Assembly (NCBI GenBank): GCA_051439605.1
Contig: JBFRWN010000027.1
Coordinates: forward strand, 29,260 to 93,259
DNA from: Synechococcus sp.
GTDB taxonomy: Bacteria > Cyanobacteriota > Cyanobacteriia > Thermostichales > PCC-7336
DNA: 64,000 nt
Direction: 5' to 3'
In this document: positions 28,825 to 40,117 of the stretch, in pieces
Layout of the letters: every line of letters begins with the position of its first letter
How positions within the stretch are numbered: the stretch's first letter is position 1
Program-made: the position numbers and the translations under genes
Notes under the pieces: generated by a model
Told to the model about the DNA's origin: nothing
The model's database searches: none
The model's input: the letters and a program-made list of their open reading frames with translations, nothing else

Positions 28825-29742
28825 CTAGGATTGCACGAGGATTTGTTTTAGGGCTGCCTTTAAATCAGGGTACTTAAACTGGTAGCCCTGATCGAGAGTC
28901 CGCTTCGGTAAGACCCGTTGACCGGTTAAGACGACCTGAGCGGCCTCTCCCAAGATAATTTCTAGGGCAATGGGGGGGACAGGCAGCCAGGATGGGCGGG
29001 CCAAGACTTTGCCGAGGGTATCGCTGAACGTGGTCATGGTGACGGGTTCGGGGGCGGTGCCGTTGAGTACACCCGAGACGGAGGGAGTGGTCAGGGCGTA
29101 GACAATTAAACCGGCTAGGTCATCCCGATGAACCCAAGACAGCCATTGCTTGCCGCTCCCGATGGGGCCACCCACAAACATCTGGAATGGCCCCAGCATT
29201 TTCCCTAAAGCACCGCCATCTGGGCCAAGCACAATCCCGATCCGCACTTGCACCAGGCGGACGCCTAAGTCTGTCAGGGGGCGTGCAGCCGCCTCCCACT
29301 CTTTGCAGACTCCGCCCAAAAAGTCATCGGCAGGAGGGGCAGATTCGTCCAGCGGTTCGTCACCGTGGGGGCCGTAGTAGCCAACCGCCGAAGCGCTGAC
29401 GACGACTTCGGGCTTGACCTCCATCTGCTCGATCGCCTTCACCATGCTGGAGGTAGTGCGGGTGCGGCTCGTTAAAATCAGGTCCTTCTGACTGGCGCTC
29501 CAGCGGCTTTCGGTTAAGGGCTCGCCGGCCAAGTTGACAACCCCTTGGCAGCCCGCCAGTGCGCTGACCCAGCTATCGGCTTCAAAGGGATCGTAGGCGG
29601 CCAGCTCGAGGTTCGATCCCGCCTGCATCGGAGCTTTTGCGGGATTGCGGGTCAGTATTTTGACGGTATGTCCGGCTTCCAGGAGCAGTTCTGCCAGCCG
29701 CCGACCGACAAATCCCGTTCCCCCTGAGATCGCAATCTTCAT
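28825..29742 (-). CDS. TIGR01777-family NAD(P)-dependent oxidoreductase (SulA/ThyD-like)
   Basis: MKIAISGGTGFVG, VVNLAGE, SASAVGYYG, GKQWLSWVH. Confidence 0.92.
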   Translation of the reverse strand: MKIAISGGTGFVGRRLAELLLEAGHTVKILTRNPAKAPMQAGSNLELAAYDPFEADSWVSALAGCQGVVNLAGEPLTESRWSASQKDLILTSRTRTTSSMVKAIEQMEVKPEVVVSASAVGYYGPHGDEPLDESAPPADDFLGGVCKEWEAAARPLTDLGVRLVQVRIGIVLGPDGGALGKMLGPFQMFVGGPIGSGKQWLSWVHRDDLAGLIVYALTTPSVSGVLNGTAPEPVTMTTFSDTLGKVLARPSWLPVPPIALEIILGEAAQVVLTGQRVLPKRTLDQGYQFKYPDLKAALKQILVQS

Positions 29743-29823
29743 AAACCCCAAAGCCAGACGTGTTTCCCACAGCCTAGCCTAAGGTGTGCTCCAGCCCAAT
29801 CTATTGACAGTTAGGGAACCAAC

Positions 29824-30219
29824 TTAGCTCCAGCCACCCGACTGCAGCACGTCCCACATAACCCAGGTTCCGATGCCGACAAATCCCAGTCCAGCACTCA
29901 GCTTAATCGTGCGAGGAGAGACGCGATCGGCCACCCAGCGCCCCGCCCATACGCCGATCAGACTGGTGAGCACTAGTGCGGTGGCGGCCCCCAGAAAGGT
30001 AATCGCAGGATGGTGGGACTGGGCACTGAGTAAAACGGTGGCTAGCTGAGTTTTATCCCCCATCTCCGCCAGAAAGATTGAACCAAATGCGACTAGACCC
30101 ACTTTGGTTTCGTTCGAGACACCTGCTTCGGAAGGGGTTTCCCGCGCGGCTGGAATGTCCTTAGACTGCATCATTTTCCTAGTTTTTATCTCTGTGTTCT
30201 TCGTTGCTTTAGACTTCAT
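29824..30219 (-). CDS. UPF0016/TMEM165/GDT1 half-transporter (Hmx-like)
   Basis: Single AEMGDKTQLAT motif plus three TMs. Confidence 0.85.
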   Translation of the reverse strand: MKSKATKNTEIKTRKMMQSKDIPAARETPSEAGVSNETKVGLVAFGSIFLAEMGDKTQLATVLLSAQSHHPAITFLGAATALVLTSLIGVWAGRWVADRVSPRTIKLSAGLGFVGIGTWVMWDVLQSGGWS

Positions 30220-30874
30220 CTTCGATCTCTACGCAGTGCTTGTCCTCTGTCCCGGTGAACTCTGCCCACAGAACGTAGAGACCCAACAGAATAAAGCTCA
30301 CTCCAGCGATCGCCTGCAGCAACTGGGGGGGGATCAGTGTGGATAGCCAGCCCCCCAACGTGACGCTGACCAAACTGGCGGCAACGAGGGCAGATGCTGA
30401 GCCGAAAAAGATGCCCCAGGGGGATTTGCCTTGGGCGCTCATCAGCATGGTGGCCAGTTGGGTTTTATCCCCCATTTCCGCCACAAAGACGGTGGTAAAG
30501 GCGATCGCCAGCCACTGCCAAATGGAAACGTCATCCACCAAGTTGGCCTCAATCGGAGCAGCAGAATTGGCTGGTTGAAATTGGGCGATCGTTGTTTGAA
30601 AATTCTCGGGAATAGCGATCGCCAGTTGTTGAAGTAGCGGGCTCCAGCTGTTGAATCCCAGCAGTGCTAATGCACCTAGGAAACTGGCGAGAAGTCCCAG
30701 GAAAAGGGTGCGGTTGAAGTTAGATGGGGTCACGTTATAGGGGGTGGTTCGTGCGGGGGGATGCGAGCGGGGGCGATGCGATTGGGGCTTTATAATGGGC
30801 GAGCTAGTTTGTCTGGCCCGATTCGTGCAGTGTTTGCAACTCTTGGTGGAAGACGGGACTTTGTCCGATGTCAA
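30209..30874 (-). CDS. UPF0016/TMEM165/GDT1 half-transporter (Hmx-like) with N-terminal extension; start uncertain
   Basis: Single AEMGDKTQLAT motif. Overlaps the partner gene by 11 bp. Confidence 0.85.
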   Translation of the reverse strand: MTSDKVPSSTKSCKHCTNRARQTSSPIIKPQSHRPRSHPPARTTPYNVTPSNFNRTLFLGLLASFLGALALLGFNSWSPLLQQLAIAIPENFQTTIAQFQPANSAAPIEANLVDDVSIWQWLAIAFTTVFVAEMGDKTQLATMLMSAQGKSPWGIFFGSASALVAASLVSVTLGGWLSTLIPPQLLQAIAGVSFILLGLYVLWAEFTGTEDKHCVEIEDEV

Positions 30875-30939
30875 GACTCGTGGGTTACAAGCATTGCTTA
30901 CAAAATATTAACTGGATTCCCGCCCCACCTTTTGCAGCC

Positions 30940-31374
30940 ATGACCGTTTCACCCCCCTCCATCCCCGATTTTCCTGCCGGTAGCTCCGCAGATAGCGAAC
31001 TGAAATACGGGGAAAAGGCGATCGCCGAAAATCAATTTGTGACGTTCCCGAACCCCCGCGAGGGGCGGGACTACAAGGTGCAGATCGTGCTGCCAGAGTT
31101 CACCTGCAAGTGCCCGTTTTCCGGTTACCCCGATTTTGCGACGTTTACCCTCACCTATACGCCGGGGCCTTTGGTGGTGGAGCTGAAGTCTCTCAAGCTG
31201 TATATCAACAGCTATCGGGACGTGTACATCCCCCATGAAGAGGTCACGAACAAGATTTTGGACGATATTGTGGAGGCGATTCAGCCCGTTTGGGCGCACC
31301 TGAAGGGGGATTTTAACCCCCGCGGGAACGTTCATACTTGCGTGGAAGTAACCTACCTACAGCCTGAAGATTGA
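30940..31374 (+). CDS. queF: preQ0 reductase QueF
   Basis: PEFTCKCPFSGYPDFA, VELKSLKLY, HEE, PRGN. Confidence 0.95.
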   Translation: MTVSPPSIPDFPAGSSADSELKYGEKAIAENQFVTFPNPREGRDYKVQIVLPEFTCKCPFSGYPDFATFTLTYTPGPLVVELKSLKLYINSYRDVYIPHEEVTNKILDDIVEAIQPVWAHLKGDFNPRGNVHTCVEVTYLQPED

Positions 31375-31389
31375 TTGTGGATAGCTAGC

Positions 31390-31671
31390 GGTTCAGTTAG
31401 CTGCTGAAAAGGAGTGAGTTCGTTCGATTTGATGAACCTGAAGGCGAGAAAGTCTGCACTGACCAGCAAAATTGCAACTTTTGCCTTGTTTGAGGCCTTC
31501 TCTATTGAATTCCCCCACTTATCCCCGGCTCGTATCTTTAGTATCGGCCCACCATTCCAAGCCCTCCTCCGTTATTAGCGGTTCGAGATGCACCTACAAT
31601 CGCTCTAACGCAGAGGCATCCTTGTGGCTGTAGCTGATAAAAACTTTGGTGCGCTTGGGTTTGTCCGCCAT
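31390..31671 (-). pseudogene. TIR-domain gene remnant with an internal stop, a frameshift and a truncated 3' end
   Basis: Manual translation MADKPKRTKVFISYSHKDASALERL*VHLEPLITEEGLEWWADTK / IRAGDKWGNSIEKASNKAKVAILLVSADFLAFRFIKSNELTP. TAG at 31594-31596 and a +1 shift near 31537. Confidence 0.9.
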
Positions 31672-31845
31672 CCGTACCGCTGCAACGCAATCGTGACTCG
31701 ATTGTCAGAGTAGGCTCAAATCTTGAACCCAACAACGTTAGCCCGATAACCACCTTCCGCTAAAATCCTCCCAATCCGAACTATATAGATTTGTTAGACT
31801 GACGAATACCCAGTCAGCTATTACTTACGACATAGGACGCCGTTT

Positions 31846-33315
31846 ATGTCCCCAACATTGCTGCTCACCAAAGAACTCCCCCAACTGAAGTACACCTTCA
31901 CCACCGAACGGTTTGACGAAACCTGGCGGGCACCCCTATCCACCCTCCTCGGACTGGGGCGAGCAGCCGGAGCTGACTTTGTCGAGTTCTTCCTAGAGCG
32001 CGGTAACTACATCAGCTGTCTGGCGGAAGACGATCGCATCACCAGCATTTCCCCCAGCCTCTCCACCGGCGCAGGTGTCCGCGTATTTGTAGGAGAAGCC
32101 GACTGCTATGTCAGCACCAATAACCTGTCTTTCAGCGGGCTAAAATCTGCGTTGGAAAAAGCCCTATCCATCATGGGACTCACGATTCCTGGCCCCAGCG
32201 CCTTCGTCCCGGAAATCAACTTAGATCTATTCCGCGACTATGCCTCTTTTAAAGGGAAAGAAGCTTGGCTGCCCGCCTGCAGCTCTATGCAGGAAATGGG
32301 AGACATCCTCCTTACCGGTACTGGAGAACTGAAACAGCAAGCCACCCATATCCAGTCTCGGAGAGCCAGCTATTTCCGCGATTGGCAGGAAGTTCTAGTG
32401 GCCGCCAGCGACGGCACCTTCGCCCGCGACATTCGCCTTACCCAGTCGGTGGGCTACAACCTGCTCTGTGCAGATGGTAGCAACCGTTCTTCCATCGGTC
32501 GGCGGGACGGCAACACCAGCGATCCCAGTTTCCTGCGCAGCTGGGACTACACCACCGCTGCCCACGACGTCTCCGAGTCCGCTGGCAAAATGCTGTACGC
32601 CGACTACGTGGAGTCCGGTAGCTATCCGATCGTGATGGCCAACCAATTTGGCGGCGTCATCTTCCACGAAGCCTGCGGCCACCTGCTAGAGACCACCCAA
32701 ATCGAGCGCAAGACTACCCCGTTTGCGGACAAAAAAGGCGAGAAAATTGCCCACGAAAGTCTGACAGCCTGGGATGAAGGGGTATCCCCCGAGGCCTTCG
32801 GTACCATCGATATGGATGACGAGGGTATGCCGGTACAGCGCACGCTGCTGATCGAGAACGGCATTTTGAAGAACTTCCTCAGCGATCGGGCTGGCTGCAT
32901 GCGCACCGGGCACCCCCGCACCGGCAGCGGTCGCCGCCAGGGCTACACCCACGCCGCCGCCAGCCGCATGCGCAACACCTACATCGGTGCCGGCGCACAC
33001 TCGGTTGAGGACCTATTTGCCTCCATCGACAAGGGCATCTACTGCAAGAAGATGGGGGGCGGTAGCGTCGGAGCCACCGGCGAGTTCAACTTTGGCGTCG
33101 ACGAAGCCTACCTGATCGAAGATGGCAAGCTGACCAAACCCCTAAAGGGCGCAACCCTGATCGGCGATGCTTCTGACATCATGAACAAGATTTCCATGTG
33201 CGCCGACGATGTGGGCTTAGCGGCCGGCTTCTGCGGTTCCGTCAGCGGCAGCGTCTACGTCACCGTCGGCCAGCCCCACATCAAGGTAGATGGCATCACC
33301 GTCGGCGGTCGTTAA
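31846..33315 (+). CDS. tldD: TldD-family metalloprotease
   Basis: [26 protein letters not shown]. Confidence 0.92.
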   Translation: MSPTLLLTKELPQLKYTFTTERFDETWRAPLSTLLGLGRAAGADFVEFFLERGNYISCLAEDDRITSISPSLSTGAGVRVFVGEADCYVSTNNLSFSGLKSALEKALSIMGLTIPGPSAFVPEINLDLFRDYASFKGKEAWLPACSSMQEMGDILLTGTGELKQQATHIQSRRASYFRDWQEVLVAASDGTFARDIRLTQSVGYNLLCADGSNRSSIGRRDGNTSDPSFLRSWDYTTAAHDVSESAGKMLYADYVESGSYPIVMANQFGGVIFHEACGHLLETTQIERKTTPFADKKGEKIAHESLTAWDEGVSPEAFGTIDMDDEGMPVQRTLLIENGILKNFLSDRAGCMRTGHPRTGSGRRQGYTHAAASRMRNTYIGAGAHSVEDLFASIDKGIYCKKMGGGSVGATGEFNFGVDEAYLIEDGKLTKPLKGATLIGDASDIMNKISMCADDVGLAAGFCGSVSGSVYVTVGQPHIKVDGITVGGR

Positions 33316-33522
33316 ACTGCTTTTGTTACGACCGATCTCAATATCGAACCAGTCCCTGTTGCTAGCTGCGAGACTTCCGAGTCCTACGCTCCCCAGCGGC
33401 AGGGGCTTACTTGTATGCCCCTGCCAAGAGGTTGGATGACTTCGAATGTGGAATGACAGTGGGGGGTAGCAATCAACATCGGTCTACTAGTAGAGTGACA
33501 ATCGCGCCTGACAAGATCCACC

Positions 33523-35304
33523 ATGACCACCTCCACACCGATCCCCGAACTGCTGACCGCCGAGCTCAAAAACGCGATCGCCCGAGCCAGCGCCGCCGGT
33601 AACCTCGGAGCCCTCTCCAACCCCGAACAGCTCGAAAGTCTCAAGATAGCTGTCGAAATCCCCAACGACACCACCTACGGCGACTACGCTACCCCCAGCG
33701 CGCTGGGGATGGCCAAACAGTGTCGCATGTCCCCCCGCGCGATCGCCGAAGCTATTGCTGCCGAAATTCAGCTGGAGGATGTGGAGATCTCCATCGCCGG
33801 ACCAGGATTCATTAACTTCCGACTGGGGCCAGCCTACCTGCAGCAGCAACTGCAGCTCATCCTAGACATGAAGGATGACTTTGGTAAGACGGGAACGGCA
33901 ACCCCCGAAAAAATCCTGCTGGAATTTGTGTCCGCTAATCCCACTGGCCCCCTTCACGTGGGCCACGGTCGCTGGGCCGCCATCGGTTCCACCCTGAGCA
34001 ACCTGCTCACCTGGACGGGTCACCAAGTCGATCGCGAATACTACATTAATGACGCCGGCAACCAGATGCAGAATTTGGGGCGATCGCTGCAGGTGCGGGT
34101 CAAGCAACAGCAAGGGGAAGACATCGAGCTGCCGGACGACAGCTATCGCGGCACTTACTTGGTGGACATGGCCAAGAAACTCGTAGCCGCAGGTTCTGAC
34201 TTAGAGACCGTTGAGGATTACACCGAATATGCCTATAAAGAGCTATTGGGTTGGCAGAAAGACACTCTACATGAATTGAGTACTGACTTCGAGCAATGGT
34301 TTAGCGAGCGGCGGCTGCACAAGCTTGATGCAGAGGAGAAAAGCGAGATCGATCGCACCCTAAAGGAATTACAAGACCGCGATTTGCTCTATACAGCCAC
34401 TGCTGCCCGCCAGGACGAGATTGTCAAAGAAGGAGCGGAAGAGGCCACCTATTTTAAGACCGGGGATTTCGGCGATGATAAAGACCGCGTCGTGGAAAAG
34501 GGGGATGGCAAACGCACGTATCTGGCGGCGGACATCGCCTACCACCGCGACAAGTTGGAGCGAGGCTACGATCGCCTGATTAATATTCTCGGGTCCGACC
34601 ACCACGGTTACATTCCCCGTCTAAAGGCCAGCGTGGCGGCATTTGGGTTCGAGCCCGACCGGCTAGAGGTGCTGCTGGGACAGTTTGTGAAGCTGTTCCA
34701 CACCAACGAAGCAACTGGCGAGCGGGAAGAAGTCAAAATGTCGAAGCGCAGTGGTAACTTTGTCACCCTCAACGACTTGATAGACGACCCCGATATCGGC
34801 GTTGGTGTCGATGCCACCCGCTGGTTCTTGCTGTCTAACTCTGCCGATTCGCAGGTGAATTTCGACCTGGATTTGGCGGTCAAACAGAGCAACGATAATC
34901 CGGTGTTCTACGTCCAGTACGCCCACACCCGCTGCTGCTCTTTGATCCGCATGGCAAAAGAGGCCGGCCTGGACGTACCTGCAAACGCAGCGATCGTCAC
35001 AGAAGCCGGAAAACTGCTGTTTACCGAGCCGGAAGAACGCAAGCTGCTGATGTCGCTGTTGGCGGTACCCGAGCAACTCAAGCGAGCGGCAGAAGAACGC
35101 GCTACCCACAAAGTCGTGCGTTTAGCGGAGGCGATCGCCATTGACTTCCACAAGTTCTACGACCGCTGCAGAATTCTGGGGGACGTGCTGAACAAAAATC
35201 CTGAGTTAGCGAAAGCTCGACTGGCACTCGTGGAAGCAACCCGCCAGGTATTGCTGAACCTGCTGGAAGGGGTGTTAAAAATCAACGCTCCCACGTCAAT
35301 GTAG
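33523..35304 (+). CDS. argS: Arginine--tRNA ligase
   Basis: [30 protein letters not shown]. Confidence 0.98.
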   Translation: MTTSTPIPELLTAELKNAIARASAAGNLGALSNPEQLESLKIAVEIPNDTTYGDYATPSALGMAKQCRMSPRAIAEAIAAEIQLEDVEISIAGPGFINFRLGPAYLQQQLQLILDMKDDFGKTGTATPEKILLEFVSANPTGPLHVGHGRWAAIGSTLSNLLTWTGHQVDREYYINDAGNQMQNLGRSLQVRVKQQQGEDIELPDDSYRGTYLVDMAKKLVAAGSDLETVEDYTEYAYKELLGWQKDTLHELSTDFEQWFSERRLHKLDAEEKSEIDRTLKELQDRDLLYTATAARQDEIVKEGAEEATYFKTGDFGDDKDRVVEKGDGKRTYLAADIAYHRDKLERGYDRLINILGSDHHGYIPRLKASVAAFGFEPDRLEVLLGQFVKLFHTNEATGEREEVKMSKRSGNFVTLNDLIDDPDIGVGVDATRWFLLSNSADSQVNFDLDLAVKQSNDNPVFYVQYAHTRCCSLIRMAKEAGLDVPANAAIVTEAGKLLFTEPEERKLLMSLLAVPEQLKRAAEERATHKVVRLAEAIAIDFHKFYDRCRILGDVLNKNPELAKARLALVEATRQVLLNLLEGVLKINAPTSM

Positions 35305-35334
35305 GCAACTCTCTTTTCGGGGTTCCTCGCCCTA

Positions 35335-37338
35335 TTACCCCTCTCCAGTCACCGGGAATACCACCTGCACCCGCGTTCCCTTGAGTTGGGCAGAGGACTC
35401 GATCGTTAAGGTACCCGCATGAGCCTCGACAATCCGCTTAACAATCGCCAGTCCCAAGCCGTTTCCGTTCGACTTGGTGGTTTGAAATGGCTGAGTCAAC
35501 CTTGGCAAAACATCGGCAGGGATCGGTTCACCCCCGTTGCGGACAGTGACGCAGATCCCGGTGGATTGACGATCTGGGGCAATGGTGAGAGTCACGGTTT
35601 CCCCAGCTGGAATAGCCTCAAAAGCATTGGTGACTAGGTTGATGAACACCTGTTTAAGCTTGTCGCGATCGCCGTTTAGCAGCACTGGCTGCTCGTGAGG
35701 AACAACCTCTAGAGTTCGGTTCAGAGCCTGCGGCATCCTCTGCAAGGTTGCAGCTAACTCCACTATCAGGTCATTGAGGTCCAGCCGGTCTTTTCTCATC
35801 GACTGAGGTTTGGCATACATCAAGATTTCGTTCAGCAGCCGCTGCAGTCGTTCCGCCTCTTCGTGGGCCAGCGACAACTGCATCTGGGCTCGCTCTGTAA
35901 GGTCCTGCTGCTGTAACGACGTCAACCCCATCAACACCGTCGTCAGAGGGTTGCGCACCTCGTGGACAATGGTGGCCGCCAGCTCGCCAATTTCCGCCAA
36001 TCGCCTCAGGGCCTGCATCGCCTTTTTCTGGCTCCGATCGCGATCGATCTTCATGGCAATGCCGTTGGCGATCGTCGACATGGCCTGTAGCGTGGCCTCT
36101 GTTAAGGGTTGACGGCTAAATAACACCATCATCCCCACCAGCCGTTTGGACACCACCAACGGGTATCCAGCGAGAGCCACCACCTCTTCTCTGGCGGCCC
36201 ATTCGCGATCGCCAAATTCAGGGTCGTCCAACAGTTTGTTGGTCAGGTAGGGCTGGCGACTTTGGGCAATGGCGCCAATCTTCCATTTGCCGAGGGGGAT
36301 CGAACAGTAATAGCGCTCGATCGACTGCACCATCCCGGCGCTAGACACCAGCTCCAGCTGCTCGCTCTGCTCCTCCAGCACCCAGATGCGGGCTAGAGAC
36401 CCATCTAGATGCTCCACCATAGCTTCGGTGCAATTTTGCAGGACCTCTCCCAAGGTTTCCCCCCCCACCAAGGCTTCGCTGATGGCCAAACTGAGGCGGG
36501 CTAACTGGGTGCGCTCCTTCTGCTCGGCGGTGTTGCGCACCGAAGCCAAAATGAACGATTGCCCTTCCAACTCGACAGCTGCCGCCGAGATCTCAGCCGG
36601 AATCGTCACCCCCGACTTGTTCAAGCAGGTAAGGCGATCGGTCCAGCCATGTCCGTCAGCCATCACCTGCTGACTGAATTGCAGCAGTTCTGGCATTTCG
36701 TTGGGGTGAATATCCGAAATTGCCACTGAGTCGAGCAGCTCCTCTCGGCTATACCCCAGCATGCTGCAGGCTTGTGGGTTCACCTCCACAATGCGATCGC
36801 CTTCTGGATCGATGGCAAAGATGGCATCATTCGCATGTTCAAAGAGCTGATAAAATTTCAGCTCGCTGGCCTGCAAGCTCGCCACTTGGCTCAACAAGCG
36901 CTCGCGATCGAGAGCGCTGGCGACTGGCTGCACCAATAGCTGCACCCAAGTTTTCTCCTGTTCCGTCAGTAGACGGTCTGCGGAATACAGGACATCTATC
37001 GTCCCTAACCTCTCCCCCTCAGGAGCCTGCAGCGACAGATGCCATCGATTGACCTCTCCCTTGACCTCTCCCTCTCTAGACTCAAGATCGGACCGTGAAT
37101 CTAAAGCGAACATTGATTCCAGAACAGCCCCTGCAAGCCCCACCGAGGTAACTCGCTGGAGGTTTTTCCCAGCCAGAAGTGGAGACACGATTGCTCCATT
37201 AACCTCCAGCAAATCCGCAATCGTATCGGCCAATGCTTGCAGATTCTCCTGCAGAGAGCCCTGATGATTTTGCAGGCTAGCCAGAGCTGCCAGAAACCGC
37301 TCGGCACTGGGGATGGGGGTGGGCTGATTAGCAGTCAT
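35335..37338 (-). CDS. GAF-PAS-GAF sensor histidine kinase
   Basis: PAS (FEHANDAI, DIHP), GAF, IVHEVRNPL, NAFEA, GNGLGL. Start placed at MTANQ. Confidence 0.9.
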   Translation of the reverse strand: MTANQPTPIPSAERFLAALASLQNHQGSLQENLQALADTIADLLEVNGAIVSPLLAGKNLQRVTSVGLAGAVLESMFALDSRSDLESREGEVKGEVNRWHLSLQAPEGERLGTIDVLYSADRLLTEQEKTWVQLLVQPVASALDRERLLSQVASLQASELKFYQLFEHANDAIFAIDPEGDRIVEVNPQACSMLGYSREELLDSVAISDIHPNEMPELLQFSQQVMADGHGWTDRLTCLNKSGVTIPAEISAAAVELEGQSFILASVRNTAEQKERTQLARLSLAISEALVGGETLGEVLQNCTEAMVEHLDGSLARIWVLEEQSEQLELVSSAGMVQSIERYYCSIPLGKWKIGAIAQSRQPYLTNKLLDDPEFGDREWAAREEVVALAGYPLVVSKRLVGMMVLFSRQPLTEATLQAMSTIANGIAMKIDRDRSQKKAMQALRRLAEIGELAATIVHEVRNPLTTVLMGLTSLQQQDLTERAQMQLSLAHEEAERLQRLLNEILMYAKPQSMRKDRLDLNDLIVELAATLQRMPQALNRTLEVVPHEQPVLLNGDRDKLKQVFINLVTNAFEAIPAGETVTLTIAPDRQSTGICVTVRNGGEPIPADVLPRLTQPFQTTKSNGNGLGLAIVKRIVEAHAGTLTIESSAQLKGTRVQVVFPVTGEG

Positions 37339-37459
37339 AAACTTGCGAACAAACGTCGACTCAAGGCAACAAACACAATGGTCCCCATACAATGGGGCAC
37401 AGCAGCGATGCACCCTATTCCGGTAGCACCTCCGCAAAGCATTTGTTGGTATCCCGAAG

Positions 37460-38332
37460 ATGCCACGGATATCAGCCCTCTTGCCACAATTGCCCACAGC
37501 CTCCGATTCCAGCCAAGTGACTCAAGCGGAACAATCCACATCTGAAGGGTTTCCCCCATCCTGCGGTCAAATCTGGTTGATTGGCGGCACTAGCGAAAGC
37601 AAGCAGATTGCCCAAACTCTGTCAGCAGAGGGGTATCCCTGGCTAGCCACGGTTGCGACTCCACCCGCAGTCCAACTTTACACAAGCCTCCCCGGACAAG
37701 TGAAAGCGGTCAGACTCACCTCCACCACCATCGATCGCTTTCTTCACGACTACCAGATTCAGGCGATCGTCGACGCCTCCCACCCCTTTGCCACCCAAAT
37801 CTCTCGGTTAGCCATCCAAGCGGCTGCCGCCCGCCAGATACCCTACCTGCGTTACGAACGACCCAGCTTACCGCTGGCCCCATCCACCCTACTGTTGCTC
37901 AACTTTGCTGCACTGCTGCAGCCCCAGTATCTAGAGGGACAACGCACGCTCCTCACCCTAGGAGTCAAGTCCCTCTTTCTGTTTCGGAAATGGCATCCCA
38001 AAGTAGAGCTTTGGGCCAGAATTTTACCCACTGCAGCATCTCGGCAGCAGGCGATCGCCGCTGGATTTCCCCCAACTCGTCTGATTCAGCAAAAGTTGCC
38101 GGTAACTTATGCACAAGAAGAACAGTTATGGCGTTCGTTACAACTGACCCAAGTGGTTACCAAAGAAGCTGGGCAAGCGGGAGGATTTGCCCTCAAACAG
38201 GCACTGGCCCAGGTATTGGGGATTCGGCTAGTGGCGATCGCCCGTCCTCTCATCCATTACCCACAGGCCGTCAACACCATAGCGGAGGCTGTCTCCTTTT
38301 GCCAGAATTTAGGCGAGAGGTATTATCCATGA
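37460..38332 (+). CDS. cobK: Cobalt-precorrin-6A reductase CobK/CbiJ
   Basis: IWLIGGTSES, IVDASHPFA..IS, YLRYERP, VVTKEAG. Start may be downstream. Confidence 0.9.
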   Translation: MPRISALLPQLPTASDSSQVTQAEQSTSEGFPPSCGQIWLIGGTSESKQIAQTLSAEGYPWLATVATPPAVQLYTSLPGQVKAVRLTSTTIDRFLHDYQIQAIVDASHPFATQISRLAIQAAAARQIPYLRYERPSLPLAPSTLLLLNFAALLQPQYLEGQRTLLTLGVKSLFLFRKWHPKVELWARILPTAASRQQAIAAGFPPTRLIQQKLPVTYAQEEQLWRSLQLTQVVTKEAGQAGGFALKQALAQVLGIRLVAIARPLIHYPQAVNTIAEAVSFCQNLGERYYP

Positions 38333-38603
38333 CCCTCTGCTGATTTCGCCACTCTTGCCCACCTCGCTTCAGAGGGGCGAGACATCATTTGAGGGATGTC
38401 CGAGAGGGAAGAATTCAGTGTAATTACAGTCGTTCACTGACAAAACAAGGGGGGAACGCGACTTAGAGTACGGTCAGTCCATGACAAAAGACCGTAAACT
38501 CAACAAGATAAGCAATGCGAATACGCTACTATGCTTGCTCAGATTGCATTTCGCCGCCATTTGTTGTGTTTCGTTTTTTGATGCTTGCGGAGGCATCTAC
38601 TCA

Positions 38604-39239
38604 ATGTCAAATAATAAAGTTCAACCTCAACTGCAAAAACTGTGGAATGTGGTCTCCAGTCAACGCACCCGCGACGCCTATGTCGAAACGGCTGCAGTCA
38701 CCGTTGAAATCGCTAAGGAAACAGCCGTTCTGTTGTGGTACGTCGTGCTGTTGGTATTGGTGGGGTCCGATGCCCTAATTACATTTGGACGCAAAACTGT
38801 CCATAACGTCCGTCTCATGGTAGGTGGCCTAGATAATTCCAAGAGCATGCAAGACATTGCATCTGACACCGGTCAAGCCCTCGTCACCGCCAGCCAAAAC
38901 ACCTTAGCGACGGCCATCGCCCAGGCACGCAACCAGCTAGGTCTACCAGAAAAAATCGAACCCGAACTGCCCCCCCTACCTGCTAAGCAGCCAGAACCCG
39001 AGCTGGTTCCCAAAGAATCTGCTGCCCCCGACAATCAGGCAGAACCCATGAAAGAAGAGTCGATACCAGAAGAACCCATACCAGAAGAACCCACACCAGA
39101 AGAACCTCCTGTAGTTGCTGCGGCTACTCCAGCAGTGACTGCTGCCCCTACAGTTACCGAGGAAGAAGTCGTTACTTCAGCCACCGAGGAAACAGAGGCT
39201 GGTCAAGCTAAACAGGACGCCCCAGAGGAGGCTCAATAG
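38604..39239 (+). CDS. Hypothetical membrane protein with Pro/Glu/Ala-rich tail
   Basis: One TM and a low-complexity C-terminus with IPEEP repeats. Confidence 0.7.
   Translation: MSNNKVQPQLQKLWNVVSSQRTRDAYVETAAVTVEIAKETAVLLWYVVLLVLVGSDALITFGRKTVHNVRLMVGGLDNSKSMQDIASDTGQALVTASQNTLATAIAQARNQLGLPEKIEPELPPLPAKQPEPELVPKESAAPDNQAEPMKEESIPEEPIPEEPTPEEPPVVAAATPAVTAAPTVTEEEVVTSATEETEAGQAKQDAPEEAQ
39064..39105 (+). repeat. In-frame 15-bp tandem repeat (about 3 copies, core CCAGAAGAACC)
   Basis: Encodes IPEEP-IPEEP-TPEEP. Confidence 0.8.
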
Positions 39240-39293
39240 CTGAATGAGTTCTTTGGCTTTATCTGCCAAAGAATACAGCCTATAAACAATAAT

Positions 39294-39327
39294 CCCTCCC
39301 CCGATAGCCATCGTGGGGAGGGTTTTT
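39294..39327. terminator. Terminator hairpin between convergent genes
   Basis: CCCTCCCC...GGGGAGGG followed by T5. Confidence 0.65.
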
Positions 39328-39355
39328 AGATTTCAAGTCTCGCGCCAGCTACAAC

Positions 39356-39772
39356 TTAAGCGTCGTAGGGAGCAGTGCCGGAGAATTTGAGGGTGGCGGG
39401 CTCGGGGTTGCTACCGATGTTGCGGGCAACCATATTCACAGCCTCTCGACCTGCGTTGCTCTTCTCGGGAAAAACGCCGTCTTTGGGGTGAAGCAATACG
39501 GGCTCTTCTCCGGGCAAAACGCGGAAAATTTGGTAGTCCTTAATCTTGTAATCGCGCAGTTGAGCGCCGAGGGCAAGGCAGGTTTCTTTGCGAGGCAAAT
39601 AAAGAGCGTTCTTGCCTTCCACCATCACAGCAGCGCCGCTGGTTGGCATCTCAAATACTTGACCGGCTTTGCCTGTCCAGGTAATCAAATATTTCTCTTC
39701 ACTCTCGGCAGCCCCCAGCAGTCCACCTGTGTTGCCACCAAAAATCGGAGTCTTAGCGTCTGCGACAGTCAT
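39356..39772 (-). CDS. psaD: Photosystem I subunit II
   Basis: [34 protein letters not shown]. Confidence 0.97.
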   Translation of the reverse strand: MTVADAKTPIFGGNTGGLLGAAESEEKYLITWTGKAGQVFEMPTSGAAVMVEGKNALYLPRKETCLALGAQLRDYKIKDYQIFRVLPGEEPVLLHPKDGVFPEKSNAGREAVNMVARNIGSNPEPATLKFSGTAPYDA

Positions 39773-39994
39773 CGTATCTCCAGCTTGTAGCTAACGGTTT
39801 ACCAAAGGTTTGCTGGCATAGTATCACCGCTACTTTCCAGCACAGGAAATGGCTTCGCGAACTGTAATCAATTGTTGCAGATTGATTTTGCAAAATTTGA
39901 AGGAACAAAACTAGAGTTCGCGACCCCGAGAACTCTGCTTTGCACATTCGACCTATCTGCAAGTAATGAAAGACTAGCGAACCGATCTCGTTCC

Positions 39995-40117
39995 TCAGTG
40001 GGCAGAGCCATTGCCGTGGTACTTATCAGTGTCGTAAAAGCCGTTTTTAGTGCCAAAAAACAGCGCCAGCACTGACATAGTGGCGGTGAGTCCCAGCAGG
40101 ATGACTTTAAATTCCAT
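39995..40117 (-). CDS. ndhP: NDH-1 complex small subunit NdhP (40 aa)
   Basis: TM helix plus FFGTKNGFYDTDKYHGNGSAH C-terminus. Confidence 0.9.
   Translation of the reverse strand: MEFKVILLGLTATMSVLALFFGTKNGFYDTDKYHGNGSAH

Noticed and set aside
30940..35304. More C/G-ending codons in queF, tldD and argS as a sign of horizontal transfer
   Set aside because: These are core genes containing HIP1 sites. Not quantified, and expression-related bias is a simpler explanation.
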